A stretch of DNA of 64,000 nucleotides from Mobula hypostoma. Taxonomy: Eukaryota. A model generated the notes under the pieces. The model was not told where the DNA came from. It saw nothing but the letters and a program-made list of their open reading frames with translations, and did no database searches. Location: the NCBI RefSeq assembly GCF_963921235.1, contig NC_086097.1:152088001-152152000 (forward strand), in the 5' to 3' direction. The translations under genes and the position numbers were made by a program. Each line of letters starts with the position of its first letter. Position 1 is the stretch's first letter. Shown in pieces: positions 38,665-49,003 of this stretch.

Positions 38665-41600
38665 GAAGAGCAAAGAGTTAAATTGTACCACAGAGGCAAA
38701 ATTCAAAAGGGTGAAGAATGCAGGACTGAGGGTGCTGTATTTAAATGTGTGTGGCATTCGGAATAAGTTGGACAAACTCGTGGTAAAATTAGAGATTGGT
38801 CTGTATGCTGTGTGGTCATCACTGAGTCATGGCTGAAAGAAGGCAATAGTTGCATCGAAAGGACAGGCAGGAAGACATAAGTGGTGGTGTGGCTCTGTTG
38901 GTAAGAGATGGAATTATATCTTTAAAATAGGTGACATAGGGTCAGAGCATGTTGGCTCTCTGTGGGTGGAGTTAAAAAATTGCAAGGATTTAAAAAAAAA
39001 CACACTATGCGAATCATATACAGCCTTTCAAAGAGTAGCCAAGACGTGGGGTTGAGATTGCAAAGGGAGCTGGAAAAGGCATGTAATAAGGGTAATGACA
39101 CAATTGTAATAAGGTACTCGATATGCAAGGGGATTGATAAAATCAGGTTGGTGTCAAATCGCAAGCAAAGGAATTTGTTGAATGCCTACGAGATAGTCTT
39201 TTAGAGCAGCTTGTGCTTGAGCATACTCAGGGAAAGGCTATCTTAAAGTGGGCATTGTGTACTAACCCAGATCTTATTCGGGAGCTTAATGAGCTTAAGG
39301 GAAAGGAACCCTGAGGAGACAGTGATCATAATATGATTGAATTCATACTGCAATTTCAGAGGGAGAAGCATAACTCACATGTATCAGTATCATAATGGAA
39401 TAAAGGGATTAAAAAGTCATGAGAGAGGAGTTTGCCCGGGTGGATTGGAGAAGGATACTGGCGGGGATGACAGAAGAGAAGAGATGGCTGAAGATTCTGG
39501 GAATAGTTCACAAGACTCAGGATAGATATATCCCACAGAGAAAGAAGTTCTCAAATGTCAGGGCCAGGCAACCATGGCTGACAAAGGAAGTTAAGGACTG
39601 CATAAAAGCCAAGGAAAGGGCACATAGGGTAGCAAAAGTGAGTGGAAAGTTGGATGATTGGGAGCTTTTAAAATCCAACAAAAGGCTATTAAAAAGAGCT
39701 ATAAGAAGGGAAAGGATGAAATATGAGTGCAAAGTAGCCAATAATATAAAGCAGGATACCAGAAGATTTTTCAGTTGTATACAGAGTAATAGGGAGGTGA
39801 GAGTTGATATTGCACCACTGGAAAATGATGCTGGTGAGGTAGTCATAGAGGACAGAGAAATGCCAGATGAACCTACAGGTACTTTGTATCAGTCTTCACT
39901 GTGGAAGACACTAGCAGTGTGTCAAAGATCCATGAGTGTCAGGGAGCAGGAGTGAGTGCCATTGCTATTACAAAGGAAAAAGTGCTAAGAAAGTGCTAAG
40001 CAAACTCAAATGTCTTCAGGTGGGTAAGTCACGTGGACCAGATGGACTACATCCCAGAGTCCTGAGAGAGGTTGCTAAAGAGGTAACGGATGCATTGGTC
40101 ATAATCTTCCAAGAATCACTTGATTCTGGCATGGTCCCGGAGGACTGGAAGATCATAAATGTCGCTCCACTCTTTAAGAAGGGAGGAAGGCAAAAGAAAG
40201 GAAATTATAGGCCAGTTATCCTAACCTCAGTGGTTGGGAAAATATTGTAGTCCATTATTAAGGATGAGGTTTCAAAGTACTTGGAGACTAATGATAAAAT
40301 CAGTCAAAGTTTCTGTAAAGGGAAATCTTGTTGGACAAATCTGTTGGAGATCTTCGAGGAAGTAACAAACAGGGTGAACAAAGGAGAGACAGTGGATGTC
40401 ATTTACTTGGATTTTCAGAAGGCGTTTGATAAGGTGCTACACGAGGCTGCTTAACAAAAGAAAATCCTATGATGATACAGGAAAGATACTGGCATGAATA
40501 GCGGAATGGCTGACAGGCAGGAGGCAGCAAGTGGGAATAAAGGGGGCCTTTCCCAATTGGCTGCTGGTGACTAGTAATGTTCCTCTGGTCAGTATTGGGA
40601 CCTTTGCTGTTCACATTAGAAACCATAGAAAGACCACAGCACAGAAACAGGCCTTTTGGTCCTTCCTGGCTGCGCCGAACCATTTTCTGCCTAGTCCCAC
40701 TGACCTGCACACGGACTATATCCCTCCATACACCTCCCATCCATGTATCTGTCCAATTTATTCTTAAATGTTAAAAAAGAACCCACATTTACCACCTCGT
40801 CTGGCAGCTCATTCCATACTCCCACCACACTCTGTGTGAAGAAGCCCCCCTTAATATTCCCTTTAAACTTTTCCCCTCTCACCCTTAACCCATGTCCTCT
40901 GGTTTTTTTTCTTCCTTTGCCTCAGTGGAAAAAGCCTGCTTGCATTCACTCTATCTATACCCATCATAATTTTATATACCTCTATCAAATCTCCCCTCAT
41001 TCTTCTACGCTCCAGGGAATAAAGTCTTAACCTATTCAACCTTTCTCTGTAACTAAGTTTCTCAAGTCCCGGCAACATCCTTGTAAACCTTCTCTGCACT
41101 CTTTCAACCTTATTTATATCCTTCCTGTAATTTGGTGACCAAAACTGAACACAATACTCCAGATTCGGCCTCACCAATGCCTTATACAACCTCATCATAA
41201 CATTCCAGCTCTTATACTCAATACTTTGATTAATAAAGGCCAATGTACCAAAAGCTCTCTTTATGACCCTATCTACCTGTGACGACACTTTTAGGGAATT
41301 TTGTATCTGTATTCCCAGATCCCTCTGTTCCACTGCACGCCTCAGTGCCTTACCATTAACCCGGTATGTTCTACCTTGGTTTGTCCTTCCAACATGCAAT
41401 ACCTCACATTTGTCTGTATTAAACTCCATCTGCCATTTTTCAGCCCAGTTTTCCAGCTGGTCCAAGTCCCTCTGCAGGCTCTGAAAACCTTCCTCGCTGT
41501 CTACTACACCTCCAATCTTTGTATCATCAGCAAATTTGCTGATCCAATTTACCACATTATCATCTAGATCATTGATATAGATGACAAATAATAATGGACC

Positions 41601-43597
41601 CAGCACTGATCCCTGTGGCACACCACTAGTCACAGGCCTCCACTCGGAGAAGCAATTCTCTACTACCACTCTTTGGCTTCTTCCATTGAGCCAATGTCTA
41701 ATCCAATTTGCCACCTCTCCATGTATACCTAGCGACTGAATTTTCCTAACTAACCTCCCATGCGGGACCTTGTCAAAGGCCTTACTGAAGTCCATGTAGA
41801 CAATATACACTGCCTTCCCTTCATCCACTTTCCTGGTAACCTCCTTGAAAAACTCCAATAGATTGGTCAAACATGACCTACCACGCACAAAACCATGTTG
41901 ACTCTCCCTAATAAGTCCCTGTCTATCCAAATGCTTGTAGATTCTGTCTCTTAGTACTCCCTCCAATAACTTACCTACTACTGACGTTAAACTTACTGGC
42001 CTATAATTTCCCGGATTACTTTTCGATCCTTTTTTAAACAACGGAACAACATGAGCTACTCTCCAATCCTCCAGCACCTCACCTGTAGACAGCGACATTT
42101 TAAATATTTCTGCCAGGGCCCCTGCAAATTCAACACCAGTCTCCTTCAAGGTCTGAGGGAACACCCTGTCAGGTCCTAGGGATTTATCCACTTTAATTTT
42201 CCTCAAGACAGCAAGCACCTCCTCCTTTTCAATCTGTACAGTTTCCATGATCTCACTACTTGTTTCCCTTAATTCCATAGACTTCATGCCAGTTTCCTTA
42301 GTAAATACAGTCGCAAAAAACCTATTTAAGATCTTGCACATTTCTTTTGCTTCCACACATAGCCGACCACTGATCTTCAAGAGGACCAATTTTAATCCCT
42401 TACAATCCTTTTGCTCTTAATATACCTCTAAAAGCTCTTTGGATTATCCTTCACTTTGACTGCCAAGGCAACCTCATGTCTTCTTTTAGCCCTCCTGATT
42501 TCTTTCTTAAGTATTTTCTTGCACTTCTTTTACTCCTCAAGCACCTGATTTACTCCCTGTTTCCTATACATTTCATACAACTCCCTCTTCTTCTTATCAG
42601 AGTTGCAATATCCCTTGAGAACCAAGGTTCCTTATTCCTATTCACTTTGCCTTTAATCCTGACAGGAACATACAAACTCTGCACTCTCAAAATTTCCCCT
42701 TTGAAGGCTTCCCACCTACCGATCACATCTTTGCCAGAGAACAACCTGCCCCAATCCATGCTTTTTAGATCATTTCTCATTTCTTCAAATTTGGCCTTCT
42801 TCCAGTTCAGAACCTCAAGCCTTTGTTTGTCAATTGATTAGATAATGGAATTGATGGCTTTGTGGCAAACCTTGCAATTGATACAAAAATGGGTGGAGGG
42901 GAAGGTAGTACTGAGGAAGCAATGTAATTGCAGTAGGATTTAGACATTGGAAGAATGGGCAAAAAAGTGGCAGATAGAATTCAACATTTGGAAATGGTAT
43001 GATAATGCATTTTGCTAAAGGAACAATAGTGCAGACTATTATCTAAATAGGGAGAAGATTCAAACATCAGAGCTGCATAGGGACTTGGGAGTCCTTACGC
43101 AAGACTCCTGCGCAATGTTACGCAAGGTTAATTTACAGGTTGAGTCTGTGGTAAAGTAGGCAAATGCAATGTTGACATTATTCCAAGGAAATAGAATATA
43201 AAGGCAAGGAGATAACGCTGAGTCTTTATAAGACACTTGTTGGACCGCATTTGTGCCCCATATCTCAGAAAGGATGTGTTGCGATTGGAGAAAGTCGAAA
43301 GGAGGTTCACAAGGATAATACTGGGAATGAAGTGTTAACAGATGAGGAACGTTTGGCAGCTTTAGGCCTGTACTCACTGGAATTTAAAAGAATGCGGGCG
43401 ACCTCATTGAAATCTACTGAATGTTGAAAGGAGAAGATAGGATGGATGTGGAGAGAATGTTTCTTCTAGTGGGGGGTATCCAGAACTGGAGGGCACAGCC
43501 TCAAAATTGAGAGGCAACCTTTTAGAACAGAGGTACAGAGGACTTTTCCTTTAGCCAGAGAGTAGTAAATCTGTGAAATGCTCTGCCACAGAGTGAG
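38665..43597 (+). mobile_element. CR1 ORF2 remnant (38665-40616 and 42819-43597), split by a younger antisense CR1
   Basis: Endonuclease remnants (ITESWL, SDHN); ORFs 39419-39955 and 39936-40250 (GPDGLHPRVL, NYRPV); RT resumes at ~42819. Confidence 0.88.
40617..42818 (-). mobile_element. Young 5'-truncated CR1 with an open 508-codon RT frame
   Basis: ORF 40863-42389 has all RT motifs ([37 protein letters not shown]); frameshifts near both ends; no endonuclease or ORF1. Confidence 0.95.
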
Positions 43598-43605
43598 GTC
43601 TTATT

Positions 43606-44267
43606 GAGGAGGAGAAGATGGCGCGACGCAGCGCGCACGGCCTCTCCAGTGATGAATATCTGTAGTCTATTAAGTAGGAGGGCATGCACAATTCTGATTT
43701 GATGGAGGCAGAAGTGAGAGCACGGAGTAACATCTGGTGAAACTTCTGAGATGCCTGTTTCGTTGCCGCTGCTACTGTGTGATCCGAAATCTCCGGAGGG
43801 GAAGGCCCCGAATCCTCTGCTTTGCCTGTTGCTTGGCGGCCGGAGCCGGGGTCGAAGTGCTTGGCAGAGATGGTGCTCGGTGTCGGAGGCTCGAAGTTTT
43901 TGGACAGACTCATAGTCGGACTGTGGTCGGGTGCTTCCAGGATGCTGCATCGGCAAGTTTGTGGCGCTGGAAGCTCATGGCAGGGAGAGTTTCTTCATTC
44001 TACTGTCTGCATGAGATGTTGGGGCTATCGGGACTTTAAGACTTTTTTTTACCGTGCCCATGGTCTGTTCTTATCAAATTACAGTATTGCTTTGCACTGT
44101 TGTAACTATATGTTATAATTATGTGGTTTTTGTCAGTTTTTAGTCTTGGTCTGTCTTGTGTTTCTGTGATATCATACCGGAGGAACATTGTATAGTTTTT
44201 GATGCATGCATTTCTAAATGACAATAAACTCTGACTGAGTGTCCTCATAATCTAAATCTAAACCTAA
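43606..44267 (+). mobile_element. Non-autonomous AAGATGGCG-headed retroposon, copy 3
   Basis: Starts gaggaggagaagatggcgcgacgcagcgcgc; ends gacaataaa...cataatctaaatctaaacctaa. Confidence 0.88.
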
Positions 44268-44864
44268 TAGTTGTCTATTAGTTCATTAAGTCAGTGATAT
44301 ATGTGGTTATCAATTTAAGGATTTGAAAGAGTTCCAATTACAATTTAAGAAGGAGCTTATTGCTATGTATAAACATACATTAAACGCTTAAACAATAAAG
44401 GAATTTCAGTTCATCATTGCAAATTTTTTTTTAATTTTCAGGTCATATATTTAAAATCAGATGTTGTCTGAAGTTAATAAGAATCTTTTGCATTTGAAAG
44501 TATAATTTCAAGTCCTATGAACATATGGTAGAATAAACAACATTCATTGCTTTGTATTCAAGAAAAGATTTTCAGAAAAATAATCAGAAAATAAAATACT
44601 GCAGGTTCTGGAAACCTGAAATGAAAGGAGGGAACTCTTGAAATACTCAGCAACTGTGGACACTTTCAGGATACTGACTTCTTGAACATACTTACTTCTC
44701 AATAGACGTTGAATATTTCCAGCATTTTCTTTTTTTCTTTCTTCTACAGTTTGTTGTTTTTTTTTTAAGTTTGTCTACACTGCGTAGAATGCAGTGGCTG
44801 GGCCCAAGTGGTTTAGTTCCCCAGAGGGAATGTGACCAAGCAGGCAGCCAGATTGTTTGAGAGT

Positions 44865-46215
44865 CTGAATAAACTGGATCACTAAATTTGTGGATGACAC
44901 CAAGATTAGGGTTAAAGAGGGTGGCAAGGAAAACTATCAAAGCTTGCAGCGGGACTTGGACCAAATGGAAAAAAAATGGCTGAAAAAATAGCAGGTGGAA
45001 CTTAAGGCAGTCAATTGTGAGGTATGCTCTTTGGAAGGGGCAACCAGGGTAAGTTTTATATGTTGAGCAGTAGGGCATTGAGCAGTGCAGTAGAACAGAG
45101 GAATCTGGGAATATACATTCGTAATTCCTTGAAAGTGGTGTCATAGGTAGATAGGGTCTTAAAGAAAGCATTTGGCAGATTGGCCTAGCCCTGTGGGGGA
45201 CGTGGCTTATTTTGATTGTCGGAAGTTGCTTCCATTCTGATTGTTTAGTTTAGAAACTGCAGCTGCTTTACCCATTGGTTAGTTGCCTGCTATCCAGTTT
45301 CAAATATCCTACATATATAGGGAGCGCGTGTGGGAGGTTATTTCTGGCATATTTGTTTAAGACAAGCAGTGCACATGACCATTGGGAAGGTATGCTCTGT
45401 GAATACTTAAGTAAATATATTTGTTGAATATTCAGATTTGAAGTTTCTGTAACTTGGGGAACATGAATGTTTGGTTGAATTTTTACTGTTTGTAAGTGAT
45501 TAATACACTTATTCATGGTCAGTGTTCTCTGCCTCACTTGCCAGACCTGTGAACCTCATTCAAGATTACAGACTTTCATAAATCAATATACTGAGTACAG
45601 GCGTTAGGATGTTATGTTGAAATTTTATTAGATGTTGGTGAGGACTAATTTGGAGTATTGTGAGTAGTTTTCAACACCTACATACAGGAAAGGTATAAAT
45701 AAGATTGACAAAGTGCAGAGAAAATTTAAGGATGTTGCACAGGACTTGAGGACCTGAGTTATAGGGAAAGGTTGAATAGGTTAGAACTTCATTCCCCAGA
45801 AAGTAAATGATTGAGGGGAGATTTGATGGAGGTATTCAAAAACTTTAAGAATATAGATAGGGTAAATGCAGGTAGTTTTTTTTCCCACTGAAATTGTGTG
45901 AGACTACGAGTTGAGGACTTGGGTTAAAGATGAAAGGTGAAATATTTAAGGGGAACATGAGGGGGAATATTTAAGGGGAACGTAAGGGGGGATTCTTCTC
46001 TCAGAGGGTGGTGAGTGTGTGGAATGAGCTGCCAGAGCATGTGGTGGATGTAGGTTTGATTTCAACTTTTAAGAAAAACTTAGATAGGTTCATAGATGGG
46101 AGGGGTAAGAAGGGATATGGTCTGGATGCAGGGCAATGGGACTAAGCAGGTTAATGGTCAATATGGACTATATAGATTGAAGGGCCTGTTTCTGTGCTGT
46201 AGTGTTCTATGGCTT
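44865..46215 (+). mobile_element. CR1 3' region, interrupted at 45187-45570
   Basis: Decayed relative of the 40617 element (aactggatcactaaatttgtggatgacaccaagatt; tail gggcctgtttctgtgctgtagtgttctatgg). Confidence 0.85.
45187..45570. mobile_element. Probable degraded solo LTR inserted in CR1
   Basis: CR1 ttggcct|ttcataaatc is split by ~384 bp ending ATTACA; flanks GCCT/GACT fit a 4-bp TSD with one mismatch; 5' TG not intact. Confidence 0.5.
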
Positions 46216-46779
46216 TGTGAGTGCTGATTGTATCAGTGTCTGTTAAAGGTTAAAGAGTCCAGTTAGCTAGCCAACCTCTGCACAAAAAGTAAAAGGGATC
46301 CAGCAGGAAGTTACTATGAAGATGAAACCAATGGCTTCCCCTAATTGTATACAACTTATTAAGCCATCAAGGGAATTACATTAATCAATTAAATTCAGGA
46401 TTAATGCTGTGTTTTTATGCTGCTCTTCATGGAGGTCAATACTCAACACGAACAGCATATTAATCAATAGAACAGCTCAACAGCCAGGCAACTTCGTGCT
46501 CATATTATTGTACTTTGATTGAATCATGTGCATTGTGGTTAGAGTGATTTGTGAGTCTTTAATGGATACTCGGTCCTAAAATCATGGTGGATAAATGGTG
46601 GTAGCTGTGGCTACTATTACAGTCTGAGGAATATGATTTATTACTTATATTAATAGCATATATTAGTTAAAAGATCATCTACTTCAACACAATCTCTCTT
46701 TATCCATAATCAAAGTTGAAACTTGGATATTGACTGGTCATCTGTGTGGCAATAAGCACTGTTTAATCAGCAATTTACA

Positions 46780-47532
46780 TCAAAGCCAAAACCATTGCTT
46801 TTAGTTTCCAACCAAAACTCCATTCTGTAGGTACCAATCCTACTCCTTTACCTGACAACCATCTAAACCAGATTAGTAATTATCTTACTTTTGCATTTGA
46901 TGCTGAGGTGAGCTTTTCTTTACATATCCTCACTTTGCAACATCGTTCAGCTTTATAACATTCTATAACCTGTTCTGTCTCAGCTTATCTAAAGTTGAAA
47001 TACATATCCATGCCTTTCGCTCTGGATCTGACTACTCTAGTGCCCTCTGGCCATTCTTCGTAAATTCAAGGACAACCAGAGTGTTGCAACCCATATAATA
47101 ACTCAACCATCATTCATTCGCCCATCCACCATGCACTCACTAATGTGCCTTAATTAAGCAGCACCTTGACTTAAAAATAATTCTTTTAGTTTTCAACTTC
47201 TATGGCCACTTCTCTTAAACTTTGAAATGTGCTCCTGCACTGAAATTTTCTGCCTCCTTCCAATCCTGGTTTGCTGCACATCTCCAATTTCATTGGCTTT
47301 GATATTGGTTGGAATGTCTTCATCTGTGAAGGACTCTAAGCTCTGCAGACATCTCCATCATTCTATCTGTCTTTTCTCTCTAAAATCTTCCCTTTTTGTC
47401 TAAGCATTTGTACATCTGTGATATTAAGTCATTGCATGATATGATGTCAAATTTTGTTTATAAATGATCATGAAGGACCTCGGGATATTGTAGTACATTT
47501 ACAGTGATTCATGATTTCCATGCCTTATTGTT
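46780..47532 (+). mobile_element. Old L2 LINE 3' part
   Basis: Remnants of IHAF...DYS.AL coding sequence and an L2-type tail (tgaaggacctcgggatattgtagtacatt). Confidence 0.65.
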
Positions 47533-48349
47533 AGAATAGTTTATGAAGGCTCTAGAGTGTTATTTCTGGTGATGAATTACAATCTTTCTGACTAATGCTA
47601 TCTCTGCATATGACTTTCCATAGAATTCTGCAACTTTAACCAATTCAAAGATGAACTTCTTTCTTTAAGACTGTCTGCTTGGCTATGGTGGAAATATTAT
47701 TAAGACCTGGAATCAATAGTTCTAGTGATAGACTCATTTTTCATCATCAGCTAAGAAACTGATTTGGATTAAAACTTCAAAGCAAAAATGACTGATAACC
47801 CATGAAGTAAATAGCTGTCATTTGAAGTAATTTCAGAAAATTCATTATGTCAAAATAAAGAACACTTTTACACTCTTTGTTTGTGCAATATATTTTTTAA
47901 CTTTTAATGTGACTTTCAATGCTCTGCTTCTAAATTACTAAGTTATATCTGTATTATATTTTATTGACATTTATAGCAGTTTAGCTGATTTATGTTGATG
48001 AGTACCATTTGGCAAAGTAGTTGCTACTGAGAAACAAATTATAGCCTTAAAATAAAACATTAAGTTATTGCCATATCATAAGTATTGAATGGTCAGATGT
48101 GAAAAGAGATACTGTTACAGTAGATTTCATCAGAAAATATCGCCAGACATATTGAATAGAATTTCTATGGGGGCTCTCCAACTACCGTCTCCACCCTAGA
48201 TAACAGATCAATTGAAACCCTTGAGAAATATTATAGAATTGTCCTCCTTAGAGTTTTCAATATAAAAATCACATCAATGAGTCCCTACAGAACTAGTTGA
48301 TGTTCCTCCTCAAATAGGCTTTTTGAATTGGGTACAGAAGGGATTCGAT

Positions 48350-49003
48350 GGGATGTTGCAGCTATGAGGGTAAGCTCAGAAATGCTAAGTTTGTTCTCAC
48401 TGAGTGTGGTGACTGAGCTGTTGAAGGAGGCTTAGATGTGATAGAGAGTTTAAAGCATACCCCCTAGCGGTGATGTCTAAAACTAAAGAGGGCGTAGGTT
48501 TAGTATAAGGAGGAAGAGGTTTAGAGGGGAACAGAAAAGGATTTTTTTCACCTGGAGGTTGTTTGCGATCTCTATTGCGCTGTCTGAGTGGATGATGGAA
48601 GTAGGTACCTCATAACATTTATTCCATATCTGGAGAAACACTCAATGCTTAGTTGTAGAAAGATAAGGATAATGAGCTGATGAATGGGAATAATGTAGAA
48701 AGATCCTTGAAGGTTGATGTGGATTTACCAAGTTTTTGGAGTGCACATCACGGATGATCTCACCTGGTCCCCCATCACCACTTCCTAGTCATGTAGGTAA
48801 AGCGGCGCCTCCATTTCCCGTCTGGTATAGGAAATGCAAGGCATTTGACTGAAAATCCCTGTAATGGATTGTGAGGATTACTGAGAGAATCATCGGGGCT
48901 CTCTCCCTCATCCAGAACATATACCAGAAGCTCTGTGTTCTCAGAGCCTTCAGTGTTGTGATAAGACCTCTCCCATCCATCCCACAATCTCTTTGACCTC
49001 ACT
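48350..49003 (+). mobile_element. Old CR1 3' fragment (48350-48730) followed by Rex/Babar fragment (48730-49003)
   Basis: CR1-like aagaggtttagagggga...tttttttcacc; Rex-like GVHITDDLTWS and VWYR...ERIIG coding remnants. Confidence 0.6.

Noticed and set aside
40863..42389. 508-aa ORF as a host gene or autonomous active LINE
   Set aside because: Ordinary CR1 RT; element is 5'-truncated with no endonuclease or ORF1, and is frameshifted at both ends.
45939..45991. Duplicated aatatttaaggggaac unit
   Set aside because: Local tandem duplication within a CR1 3' end.
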